Source of the DNA: a virus
DNA length: 64,000 nt
Direction: 5' to 3' (one strand)
Virus record (IMG/VR): IMGVR_UViG_3300027801_001565
This document shows, piece by piece, positions 17,325 through 26,077 of this stretch (positions within the stretch are counted from its first letter, which is position 1; each line of letters begins with the position of its first letter). The position numbers and the translations under genes were made by a program. The notes beneath the pieces were generated by a model, which saw only the letters and a list, made by a program, of their open reading frames with translations, searched no databases and had not been told where the DNA came from.

Positions 17325-17353
17325 ATTATACGACTATTGACTGCTTATGTCAA
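17325..17353 (-). promoter_or_regulatory. Perfect sigma70 promoter TTGACA-N17-TATAAT for uvsY-uvsW-gp55
   Basis: Exact consensus. Confidence 0.85.
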
Positions 17354-17375
17354 CGTTTAATTGTACCGTTTGGTA

Positions 17376-17948
17376 CTAAGGAGTTTCAAGTGTGAAAGAG
17401 GTATATCTAAACATAGCCACTCCCACCATATACTCCGTGGAACCAGTTGATATCTCAAAATCTAGTCCCTGAATACTTACAGGAAACGCGTCCTTAAAGT
17501 TTATCTTTTGTATTGGGTTGTTGTTTGAATCTAAGATCATTAGTGTAGCATCACTATATGATGTAGAGCCTCCATCCGAGTCTGGGAATCTATATCCCTG
17601 TGATAGTCCGTAAGCTGCGTGTTGTTTAGAATCTTCTGGAAACCCCAACCCAACCATCCAATTGTATAGCTCTTTATAGTTAATCATGTCCTCTTGTATA
17701 AGGAATCTAATCATTAACTGTCCAAATTCTATCTTCTCGCCTGGGTGAGGTATGTCTACTAGTGGTGTTGATTGTACGGCAGGCATCATATTCATCTCTG
17801 GAATGTTAGCTGCTTGGCAAAAATATGAAACGTTTGGAATATTGTGGACTTGGAACTTAAAACCATTAGGTCGTAAGTAATCTAGCTCGTTAGGATTGTT
17901 TGAGGACCACGATGCTTCTGTTACATTTGTTATGTTGGTTGTTGTCAT
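17376..17948 (-). CDS. gp3: Tail completion/tube terminator protein (T4 gp3-like)
   Basis: YLRPNGFKF, YFCQAANIP, NYKELYNWM, SDATLMILDSNNNP, FKDAFPVS. Confidence 0.85.
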   Translation of the reverse strand: MTTTNITNVTEASWSSNNPNELDYLRPNGFKFQVHNIPNVSYFCQAANIPEMNMMPAVQSTPLVDIPHPGEKIEFGQLMIRFLIQEDMINYKELYNWMVGLGFPEDSKQHAAYGLSQGYRFPDSDGGSTSYSDATLMILDSNNNPIQKINFKDAFPVSIQGLDFEISTGSTEYMVGVAMFRYTSFTLETP

Positions 17949-17957
17949 TTCTTATTC

Positions 17958-18332
17958 CTAGTTGAACCCTACACTAATACCACAACCACATGAGGATGAC
18001 TGTTGAGGATTCCTATATTCAAATCCCTCATTAAGTCCTTCAACCTTCCAAGCAATAGTAGTGCCTTCTAAATACATTTCTGACATAGGATCAAGCCAAA
18101 GAGTAAAATCACCAAAGTCTATTGGTATATCTGCATCTTCACCTTTTTCTGCATAATTAAATTCGTATGCAAAACCAGCACAACCTCCACCTGTTAAACC
18201 AAATCTAACTCCTGCAACTCCTTTGTCCTTAATCTTCTTTACGACTTCTACTAATGCGTCTTCTGTAAAGTCAACAATAGGACCACGTGAAGTGGCTATC
18301 ATCATTGGGTCAAACGTTTTCGGTTGTGTCAA
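17958..18332 (-). CDS. iscA: A-type Fe-S carrier (IscA/HesB)
   Basis: GGGCAGFAY and SSCGCG.S. Confidence 0.92.
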   Translation of the reverse strand: MTQPKTFDPMMIATSRGPIVDFTEDALVEVVKKIKDKGVAGVRFGLTGGGCAGFAYEFNYAEKGEDADIPIDFGDFTLWLDPMSEMYLEGTTIAWKVEGLNEGFEYRNPQQSSSCGCGISVGFN

Positions 18333-18759
18333 GGTCCGGTCCTCCGTTGTGTAATCTATGGGCTTTCTTTTCGTCCCAATGTGTTAGTGCTTTTTTAATA
18401 CTATCTTCTGCTAATACAGAACAATGTAACTTAATAGGCGGTAACTCTAATGCGTCTGCTATATCTTTATCTTTAATTAATAGAGCCTCAGTCATTGTTA
18501 AGCCTTTAAGCATTTCAACAAACATTGTAGAACTAGCTATTGCTGAACCACAACCGTAAGTTTTAAATTTAACATCCTCTATGATGTCTGTATCAGGATT
18601 TACTTTTAAATCTAGTTTCATAACGTCACCGCATGCTGGTGCTCCAGCCATGCCTGTAGCTACATTTGGGTCTTTAGGATCGAACCTACCTACGCCATGT
18701 GCCGCTGGATTATCTAAAACATCTTGAAATCTCTGTACTACTTTATCTGAATATGCCAT
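18310..18759 (-). CDS. iscU: Fe-S cluster scaffold
   Basis: GAPACGDVM, FKTYGCGSAIASS, LPPIKLHCSVLAED. Confidence 0.96.
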   Translation of the reverse strand: MAYSDKVVQRFQDVLDNPAAHGVGRFDPKDPNVATGMAGAPACGDVMKLDLKVNPDTDIIEDVKFKTYGCGSAIASSTMFVEMLKGLTMTEALLIKDKDIADALELPPIKLHCSVLAEDSIKKALTHWDEKKAHRLHNGGPDLDTTENV

Positions 18760-18779
18760 TTTTACTTCCTCTTATACTG

Positions 18780-18813
18780 TATTTATAATACTTTATATGT
18801 AACCAGATGTCAA
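18780..18813 (-). promoter_or_regulatory. Overlapping sigma70 (TTGACA-N17-TATTAT) and late (TATAAATA) promoters for iscU
   Basis: -35 at 18808-18813, -10 at 18785-18790, late box at 18780-18787. Confidence 0.65.
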
Positions 18814-18832
18814 TAGGGATAAATACCTTTTG

Positions 18833-18840
18833 TATAAATA
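18833..18840 (+). promoter_or_regulatory. Late promoter TATAAATA for the plus-strand small gene
   Basis: Exact consensus; followed by a hairpin and a CA tract. Confidence 0.65.
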
Positions 18841-18888
18841 ATAACGTACCATTAAGGTACGTCATACACACACACACAGGAGAACAAT

Positions 18889-19110
18889 ATGACAAACACA
18901 ACCAATAAATCAGGCTTTGAGATCAGAGCAGAATTACTTAATCAAGCACATCGCATGTTAAGTGAGAACAATCAAAGAGAAGCTGATGAAATATATGCTC
19001 ACAACGACAGTTATCCAAATGATAAAAAAGGGCTTAAAGTTAGCCCAATTTTAGCTAGAGATATAGTAGTTGTTGCTAAAGAGCTTAACGAGTTTGTTAC
19101 CCAACAATAA
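18889..19110 (+). CDS. Small conserved phage hypothetical protein
   Basis: AGGAGA SD; SGFEIRAELL...AKELNEFV; own promoter and terminator. Confidence 0.75.
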   Translation: MTNTTNKSGFEIRAELLNQAHRMLSENNQREADEIYAHNDSYPNDKKGLKVSPILARDIVVVAKELNEFVTQQ

Positions 19111-19126
19111 ACTCTGATAGTCAAAG

Positions 19127-19155
19127 AAAAGGGCTACTTTCGTAGCCCTTTTTTT
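19127..19155. terminator. Bidirectional intrinsic terminator
   Basis: AAAA-GGGCTAC-TTTC-GTAGCCC-TTTTTTT between convergent genes. Confidence 0.85.
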
Positions 19156-19157
19156 AT

Positions 19158-19433
19158 TCAGTCCTGTTTAGGATCTTGAAGTTCGTCGGTTTGTTCATCA
19201 ATCTCCGTGACTACTGTATCGACAACACCTTCAGCTGCGTCCGCTGCTGTAGATACAATGTCTGAAGCATCTCTAAGAACAGCACTACCAATGTTACCTG
19301 CTGTTTTGACAGATGTGTCTATAATGCTAGTAGTTACTTCCTTCCCACCTTCTATAACGGCTCCAATTGAAGCACATGATGGTAAGAATCCTACAAAACC
19401 GAGGACTGCAATAATAGTGAATAACTTATTCAT
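19158..19433 (-). CDS. Lipoprotein
   Basis: Signal peptide with lipobox LPSC; late promoter at 19479-19486. Confidence 0.75.
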   Translation of the reverse strand: MNKLFTIIAVLGFVGFLPSCASIGAVIEGGKEVTTSIIDTSVKTAGNIGSAVLRDASDIVSTAADAAEGVVDTVVTEIDEQTDELQDPKQD

Positions 19434-19492
19434 ATATTATACCTCGTTAATGTCTAAACGTTGTTGTAAAGACGCTACTATTTATAAAAGTC

Positions 19493-19520
19493 AAAAAAAC
19501 GGGCTACTTAGTAGCCCGTT
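19493..19520 (-). terminator. Intrinsic terminator after gp23
   Basis: Minus strand ACGGGCTAC-TAA-GTAGCCCGT followed by a T-run. Confidence 0.85.
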
Positions 19521-19545
19521 CTAATTCTATTCCTAGAAACCTAAA

Positions 19546-20811
19546 TTACATTAAGTTTGTAACTTTAACACTTCTGTAATACTGGTTACGGTCTGCGGTG
19601 AATGTATCACCATCAGTTGTTCCGTCAGCCTGCATTACGAATGGGTTAGCTATCATACCATATCGAGTTTTAAATCCGATTTTTGGTTGGAATGTAGCAG
19701 GATCGATTGCTCTTACCATCTGTAATGGAACGTAAGGGCAGTAGAAAAGACCTGCGTCATAAGGGCTTGTGCCTTTATAACCAGCTACATAGAACTGCGA
19801 TGCAGAACCACTGTTAGCTGAGTAAGGGTCAATATATACTTTATATCTACCGTTAAGTACACCAGCGAAAGTGTTGCCTGTGTCGTCAACATTTAGGTTA
19901 GTGTTCAAAGCTGGAGCGTAATCTAAAACACCGGCCATAGCCAAAGCACTAGCAACATCTGATGAACAGATGATGAAGTTACCTTTGCCACGTCTTGTGT
20001 CTTGAGCGATCACGTTAGCGTCACGTTCGATATTGAATAAAAGACCTTTAAATCTTTCTACAGACCATCTTCCGTTACTGTCGACATCTAAGTCGAATGT
20101 TCCGGCAGTTGCTGTGCTGGCAGAACCAGTTTTAGCTACTTTATAGATTGTTCTGATTACTTCTCTGTTGATTTCCGCTAGGATTTCTTGAGAGAGGATG
20201 TTTGAAAGTTCTGACTCTGCGTCTAGACCATGAACAGCTTTCAAATCTTGAGCTAGCTCTACGGTGTACTGAGCTTTTAACGCTCTGGACTTAGCCGTAA
20301 CTGTAGTCTTCTCGATTGAGAATGCCATTTCTTGTAGTGTAGTCGAATCGCCAAATCCTTCTGCTGTTGCCGTTGATACGCCATTTCCCGTGGTGTAAGT
20401 ACCGTCAACTGGATTAGATCCAGCGTGTGTACCTGCGCCTGAGAAGTCAGTGTCTGCTTCGTTGAATAAAGCTTCAGTTCCAGCTTGTGTGCTGTAATGA
20501 GACTTCATTGCAAAAATAAGTCCTGTAGGACCAGACATTGGTTGTACGCCGCATACGTCATATGCCATCAAATTAGGTAGTGCACGTCTTACGAGCGATA
20601 TTAATATCGGATCGTAGTTGTCGACGCCTGAACCAGTTTGGTTAGCGTGTGTAGCCTCGAAAAGAGCTGCTTTTTCCTCGCGGAGTGCTTTCTCTTGGTT
20701 TTCTAGGACTACTGTGGTTACAGCTCTCTTATAAGGATCTGAAATTTCTTGTAATTCCGGATGCTCGAGTACTGGTTGCCACTTCTTTTGTAGTTCTTCT
20801 GAAAGATACAT
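19546..20811 (-). CDS. gp23: Major capsid protein
   Basis: LISLVRR..PNL.AYDVCGVQPM.GPTGLIFAM; FQPKIGFKTRYG. Confidence 0.98.
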   Translation of the reverse strand: MYLSEELQKKWQPVLEHPELQEISDPYKRAVTTVVLENQEKALREEKAALFEATHANQTGSGVDNYDPILISLVRRALPNLMAYDVCGVQPMSGPTGLIFAMKSHYSTQAGTEALFNEADTDFSGAGTHAGSNPVDGTYTTGNGVSTATAEGFGDSTTLQEMAFSIEKTTVTAKSRALKAQYTVELAQDLKAVHGLDAESELSNILSQEILAEINREVIRTIYKVAKTGSASTATAGTFDLDVDSNGRWSVERFKGLLFNIERDANVIAQDTRRGKGNFIICSSDVASALAMAGVLDYAPALNTNLNVDDTGNTFAGVLNGRYKVYIDPYSANSGSASQFYVAGYKGTSPYDAGLFYCPYVPLQMVRAIDPATFQPKIGFKTRYGMIANPFVMQADGTTDGDTFTADRNQYYRSVKVTNLM

Positions 20812-20860
20812 CAGTTTCTCCTTGTTTATACGTTTGTATTATGTTTTATAATAACTCTAT

Positions 20861-20868
20861 TATTTATA
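20861..20868 (-). promoter_or_regulatory. Late promoter TATAAATA (gp23)
   Basis: Exact consensus; further copies at 22190-22203 (tandem), 26068-26075 and 28057-28064 precede gp22, gp19 and gp18. Confidence 0.8.
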
Positions 20869-20887
20869 AAATTGTTAATTTATAACC

Positions 20888-22141
20888 TTAACTTCCGAAC
20901 TTTTTGCTTTGAGTAATGCCTTGTACATATCTACTCATTACAGTGTTCTCAGTTAATGTTCCCTGATCAACGCTATCTTCTAGCTTTTCACTATCATCTG
21001 CTTTCGCTTTAGGAAAGTAATTTTCCTTGATAACATTTAGTTTCCTTGTATACATTTCCTTACTGTCAAACGTAATGTCTTCAATAAGTGATGCAAACTT
21101 TTCCACCTCTGTTTCAGCTAGATCGTCAACCACAGAACTAAAAATAGTTTGTTTAAGTAGTTGTTCTCTGTCTTCGCTGATTGCGACTGATTTATTAATC
21201 TCTTCATCTAATTTAGATTTTAACTCTTCAATCTCTTGCTGTTGATTAGTCAACACATCGAGTTTGTCTTCAGGTACATCAATATAATGTTCCGTGAATA
21301 CTTGCTGAAGGCCTTGTATAAAGCTCTCAGTAATTTCGTTGCGTAGTCCGTTCTCAATAGCTAGCTCGTTTTCAGCCATCCACTGCTCAGTTACATAACT
21401 GAGGTATTTGTCGATGTTTTCAACAAGTTTTTCTTTTGCCTCGTCGAAAGCTTTATTAGCTTCCTCTACCAACTCTGCTTCAATTCCTGAAACTTGTTGG
21501 TTTACTCTGGCCACAACTGTAGCTTCAAATAATGATGCTGCTTGTGTTTTAAATTCTTCTGAAAGATGTTCTTCGTCTGCAAATAAGTTAGCAATGTCTT
21601 CCTCGAACAAAGTATCTACTTCTAACTCTTCGTCTGATTCGTCTGTAATAACATCTTCTGCTACTACTTCTTCATCGGACTCTTCGTCTTCTGTAATTAC
21701 TTCGTCTTCACTCTCTTCACCGTCAACGATTTCTTCGCCATCTACATAAGTATCTTCTTCTAAAGCTTCATCTTCCGACTCTACTTCTTCTTGAGCTACA
21801 TTACCTTTAGACGATGCTTGTGCAACAACAGATTGTGTTGGTGTACTATCGTTATAGTTAGGTGCCTTACCGGCGCCTGAGTTTGAAGGACGAGGGGCAC
21901 TACCAGCTTTTGCTGATGCTTCTTTTCCTACCGCGCTAGTCAATCCGCCTTCAGGGTTCGCTGAACCGCTAAGGTCTTGCTGATCTGGATTTGGATTGGA
22001 GTTGCCTTGTAGGGGATTTGTAGCATCACCATTACTAGAATTATCTAGAGGACGATTTGCCGCTCCTTCTTCTAGTACTTCAACAGACTCGGATTTAACC
22101 TTGCCTTCTAGAAGTTCTCTGATTTTGGATTCTACTCCCAT
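20888..22141 (-). CDS. gp22: Prohead scaffold/core protein
   Basis: Acidic coiled coil; LSEEFK..A..FEA, YL.YV.E.W..EN.LA. Confidence 0.92.
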   Translation of the reverse strand: MGVESKIRELLEGKVKSESVEVLEEGAANRPLDNSSNGDATNPLQGNSNPNPDQQDLSGSANPEGGLTSAVGKEASAKAGSAPRPSNSGAGKAPNYNDSTPTQSVVAQASSKGNVAQEEVESEDEALEEDTYVDGEEIVDGEESEDEVITEDEESDEEVVAEDVITDESDEELEVDTLFEEDIANLFADEEHLSEEFKTQAASLFEATVVARVNQQVSGIEAELVEEANKAFDEAKEKLVENIDKYLSYVTEQWMAENELAIENGLRNEITESFIQGLQQVFTEHYIDVPEDKLDVLTNQQQEIEELKSKLDEEINKSVAISEDREQLLKQTIFSSVVDDLAETEVEKFASLIEDITFDSKEMYTRKLNVIKENYFPKAKADDSEKLEDSVDQGTLTENTVMSRYVQGITQSKKFGS

Positions 22142-22213
22142 TTTACTTCTCCTTTTAGGATTATGTTTAATTAATATAATCTAATAAACTATTTATATTT
22201 ATACAGATTTCTA

Positions 22214-22873
22214 TTAGAATTTAGACAGTTTATCTAAAAAATTGCTAAATACTTGTAACTTAGCTTCCTCTAGATTAGCACTAGACGTTCTCTGAATCAA
22301 CCCTTTCGATTCTTCGATGTCTTGTTCTGTCCACTTATTATTAATGAAGATCCATTCCCTTCCTTCCATTATACCGGAAACAAAAGCGTCTGGAGCGCTA
22401 GGATCCGCAACAATATCTGCTGCTGTGGCAAGCATAAAGTCGTTCTGTACTTCATTAATGCCATTCCTCTCTTTCAAAGAGCCCAATCCTCTGGAGCTAA
22501 CTCCAAGCTGAGCGCCTTCGCTAATAAGTTCTTTTACAATACGACCCATAGGCGTGTCCATCACTTTTGCCTTACCGATCCAATTGTTGCCGTCTTCCCG
22601 AAGGGAGACAATCATGTGTGATACACGATCTAAATTAACTGTAGGTCCTTCTGGGTGTCCCAGTTCTCCATAAGCTCTTTTAGTATCTACGTTTTCTCTA
22701 ACGTAACGATTGACTTCAGTTCGCATAATATCCTTGGGATACATACGGCCGTTTTTGTTTGTTAAATCTGATTGTAAAAACACACCTTCTATAAAGACAT
22801 TAGGTTTCTTAGGATCCTTAGTCTCTTCTGTGAGGTAGTTAATACTTTCGTTAAATTCTTTGATTAGTCTCAT
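22214..22873 (-). CDS. gp21: Prohead protease
   Basis: NKNGRMYP, GELGHP, GVSSRGLGS, DIVADPSAPDA. Confidence 0.97.
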   Translation of the reverse strand: MRLIKEFNESINYLTEETKDPKKPNVFIEGVFLQSDLTNKNGRMYPKDIMRTEVNRYVRENVDTKRAYGELGHPEGPTVNLDRVSHMIVSLREDGNNWIGKAKVMDTPMGRIVKELISEGAQLGVSSRGLGSLKERNGINEVQNDFMLATAADIVADPSAPDAFVSGIMEGREWIFINNKWTEQDIEESKGLIQRTSSANLEEAKLQVFSNFLDKLSKF

Positions 22874-22885
22874 TGTGACTCTCCG

Positions 22886-23311
22886 TTAACCTAGACTTCC
22901 ACCGTTATAAACACTACCTGAATCGTTGGTGTCTAATGGTGCGTCTTGGTGTTGTTGTGAACCATATCCAGAAACTTTAGCACAATCAACTATAACAGTA
23001 CCGCCAGCTCCGCCGGCTATAACTACTTCTATATCTGATGTTGCTTCTGAGTTGTCTGAAAATCCGTACATATCTATGTTACCGGACTCCGTAAGTTCGT
23101 ATAGTACGACGGAGTTACGTTGCACCTTAGCGGATGCCCCGGATGATAGTGTCCATTTAAGGCCTTTAATGTTAACTGCAGGGGAGTTCTGTGACTCTGA
23201 TGATTTCTTTAGTGTTGTTGCTAAAGCAATGGTACCGGTAGCTGCAGTCCCCCTTACAGATACTACACCCTGTACTTGGGTTAGTTTTAAATTATTTACT
23301 GTGACTGCCAT
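22886..23311 (-). CDS. Virion structural protein (hypothetical)
   Basis: Position in head cluster; beta-rich. Confidence 0.6.
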   Translation of the reverse strand: MAVTVNNLKLTQVQGVVSVRGTAATGTIALATTLKKSSESQNSPAVNIKGLKWTLSSGASAKVQRNSVVLYELTESGNIDMYGFSDNSEATSDIEVVIAGGAGGTVIVDCAKVSGYGSQQHQDAPLDTNDSGSVYNGGSLG

Positions 23312-23333
23312 GATTGTTTCCTATGTTAGTTGT

Positions 23334-23624
23334 TTAATATTTTTTCTTGTGGTTCATGTGTGGGCCTTCTTCTAAGATCTCCACATTGGAATCATTCACA
23401 TCAACTGTTTCTATACCGTGTTCAAACATTACTGAATAACTCGATACTCTACCAAATTCATCTGGTGCAGAATGTTCACCATGTATTGGTGTACCTTCTT
23501 TCCATTCTTTGTGCATTATTTTTGAAGCACAAAGATGTTTGTCTCCTTCTAAAGAGCCTGCTGCTACTCCATCTACTGGAGTCTCTACAATAACTCTTTC
23601 TCTATATTCTTTAAGTGTTTTCAT
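23334..23624 (-). CDS. Head-cluster hypothetical protein (prohead core region)
   Basis: Start re-called to MKTLKEYRE; HLCA..I.H..W.EG..IHGEH. Confidence 0.6.
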   Translation of the reverse strand: MKTLKEYRERVIVETPVDGVAAGSLEGDKHLCASKIMHKEWKEGTPIHGEHSAPDEFGRVSSYSVMFEHGIETVDVNDSNVEILEEGPHMNHKKKY

Positions 23625-23892
23625 CTTCGACTGGTCTCCCTGTAGTTGTATCAATATCCACAAGCGCATCATCCAATGAGACTCCAGTAGGTTCCATATT
23701 AGGATCTACACTCTTGGAGAAAACAGCCTGTGCTTTCTCTTGTCTCAAAGTATCTAACGCATCAGTAGTTCTAGAGTGCATTAAATCAGCGAACTGACTC
23801 TGTGCATCTGCTGAATTACCTGAGATTATGTTGTTTAACATATCTGTTGTAGTTACCTCAACCTCTTGTTCTGTTGTTGTTTCTTCTGTCAT
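23611..23892 (-). CDS. Prohead core protein (gp67-like)
   Basis: Directly after portal; start re-called to MTEET. Confidence 0.6.
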   Translation of the reverse strand: MTEETTTEQEVEVTTTDMLNNIISGNSADAQSQFADLMHSRTTDALDTLRQEKAQAVFSKSVDPNMEPTGVSLDDALVDIDTTTGRPVEDENT

Positions 23893-23893
23893 T

Positions 23894-25492
23894 TTATTCT
23901 CCATTATCTGGGCCTGGTGGAGGAGTATCTCCGCCTGGTACATCATTACTTATATCACCTTCAGGTGCCGGTTGATCCGTCGGCACTTGTTGTAAGGGAC
24001 TCCATTGATACTGCCTACTGTACTGTGGCTCTGCCATAATCTCAGTTTCTATTGTATCAATCTCTTCATCTGTTAAGTTAAGCACATTCTTTTGAATGTA
24101 ACGCTTACTAAAAAATGTTCCTATATAAGCAGCTAGTCCGTTTAATACTTCTACTCTGCTTCTCAAAATCTCTTGTTCTTTAGACTCTGTGTAATAAGCA
24201 TCTGTGGCAAACTCAAATTCTATATCATCTTTGATGTCTGTCCAATCTTCTTCTGTAATAACACCTTTTAGTAAGAGCTGTGTATGCAAAAGATCGCTTA
24301 ACAATACTGAGAACTTTCTCCTTAACTTGATGATGAATTTTGTAAACTTCATCTCGTCTCGGTTTATCTCAGCAGCTCTACCAAAATTAAGTCCTGCTTG
24401 TTGTTCTAAACGTGATACAGGAATGTTTAATGACTGATACAATTTACGTTGAAAATATACTACGTCTTCAATCTGCCCTAGGTTTTGTCCTGCTGGCAAT
24501 GTATCAATACTTGTTCCTGTTCCACCTTCTCTTCTGGGTAACCAAAAGTCTTCAAGCATGGACATAAACTTCTTATCATCTCGGATCTCGCCTGTGTTAG
24601 CATCGTATACTAACTTGTTTCTATACCGATCCATGATGTCTTTCATGTACTGTTCAGCCTTCATCTTAGGAAGGTTACCAACATCTACATAAAATATTCT
24701 TCTTTCAGGAGCTCTTGTAATCCTATAAATTACAACTGCGTTCTCCATCATTCTTAACTGGTTTGCTGGCCTAATTGCCTTATGCAAATATGATAACGCT
24801 ATATTCTTATCGTGATCTACTAAACCACTTGGTGCGTATGCTATAGCGTCCTTCGTAATCTTCAGCCCTTGCTGATTTTCCGGTGCAACATATGCGCCTG
24901 GTTTTGAGGTAACCCCTTTATCATTATAGATAAAGAACTCCTCAATCTCTTTAATAAACAATATGCCTGAAGGATTCTTTTCCTTCTTAACTTCTCGTAC
25001 CTTTCTAATCTTTCTAGGGTCAATGTATCTTACATCTTTAATCCCTGCCTTGGGATTCTCTAGATCGATTACTTTATGAAAGAATAACTTACCGTCTATA
25101 TACCAACGTCTAAAATAATCTTGAGCTTTATCTTTAAAGTCCAACATCATTTTGATGTCATCAAATTCCTTCATAATAGACTTACGAACTGACGAAGACA
25201 ACTTGACGTTGTCTAGGTTAAGTTCCACTGGAGACTCGTTCTCCAACTGAGCAATGCTCTCATTAATAATATCTTCAATAGCTGTATCAACGTCTGCCAT
25301 CCCGGCTATGTCACGATACCTCTTAATTAATTCAGACTCGGTTTGGGCAACGCCCTCCAAATCCATGTAGGTACCGTAGTAACCGCCTGCGCGTATACTC
25401 TCAATAGCACCGTCTTCGGAAGGGGCAACAAACGATTTCTCGTTTGAAGCCTTATCCTCTTTCCGCTTAATCTCAAATCCAAATAAATCCAT
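23894..25492 (-). CDS. gp20: Portal protein
   Basis: YLHKAI.PANQLRMME.A.VIYRITRAPERRIFY.DVGNLPK; EDFWLPRREGG. Confidence 0.98.
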   Translation of the reverse strand: MDLFGFEIKRKEDKASNEKSFVAPSEDGAIESIRAGGYYGTYMDLEGVAQTESELIKRYRDIAGMADVDTAIEDIINESIAQLENESPVELNLDNVKLSSSVRKSIMKEFDDIKMMLDFKDKAQDYFRRWYIDGKLFFHKVIDLENPKAGIKDVRYIDPRKIRKVREVKKEKNPSGILFIKEIEEFFIYNDKGVTSKPGAYVAPENQQGLKITKDAIAYAPSGLVDHDKNIALSYLHKAIRPANQLRMMENAVVIYRITRAPERRIFYVDVGNLPKMKAEQYMKDIMDRYRNKLVYDANTGEIRDDKKFMSMLEDFWLPRREGGTGTSIDTLPAGQNLGQIEDVVYFQRKLYQSLNIPVSRLEQQAGLNFGRAAEINRDEMKFTKFIIKLRRKFSVLLSDLLHTQLLLKGVITEEDWTDIKDDIEFEFATDAYYTESKEQEILRSRVEVLNGLAAYIGTFFSKRYIQKNVLNLTDEEIDTIETEIMAEPQYSRQYQWSPLQQVPTDQPAPEGDISNDVPGGDTPPPGPDNGE

Positions 25493-25527
25493 AATTTTAT
25501 ATCCTGTTTCCCATTACTGGGGCCAAC

Positions 25528-26049
25528 CTATGTGTTTGTATAATGCTGGTACTGGAAAGTAACAGTAAATTCTTCAATTACATCGTTTTGTGCATATTGT
25601 AATGCAATCTCAGACATGTTAATCGGAAATGCATCATGTAAAAGATACGTTCCTAATGGTAATGGTTTATCATTTCTGTCTAAATGTTCGACTGTTAAGT
25701 CCACTTGATATTCAGCTGGTGTCAATGCTTCAGCACCGTTGTCTACCTTGTCATTCATTATTTCCATCCATTTTTCAAAGGGCCCTCTCAAAGACTGATT
25801 AGTATCATTAATGATAGTAATTGTCCATGGATCAAAAATCCTTTCGCCTGCTAATTTAACTTCCCTACCTCGGTATTGTACAATAGCTGGGTTTACTGTA
25901 GAAGCTGGTATCGCTGCTCCAGAAACCAATACAGAGTAGTCGTTTTTAAGGCCCGCTGCTGCTAATGTAGGGAATACCAAAAGTACACGAAACTGATTGG
26001 GACGTGCGCCGCCCTGTCCTAGTTTCGATTTAAAATCTGCTATGTTCAT
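25528..26049 (-). CDS. gp19: Tail tube protein
   Basis: GGARPNQF, GER.FDPWTITIIND, IEEFTVTFQY. Confidence 0.95.
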   Translation of the reverse strand: MNIADFKSKLGQGGARPNQFRVLLVFPTLAAAGLKNDYSVLVSGAAIPASTVNPAIVQYRGREVKLAGERIFDPWTITIINDTNQSLRGPFEKWMEIMNDKVDNGAEALTPAEYQVDLTVEHLDRNDKPLPLGTYLLHDAFPINMSEIALQYAQNDVIEEFTVTFQYQHYTNT

Positions 26050-26077
26050 CTTTATCTCCTTTACTTATATTTATACG

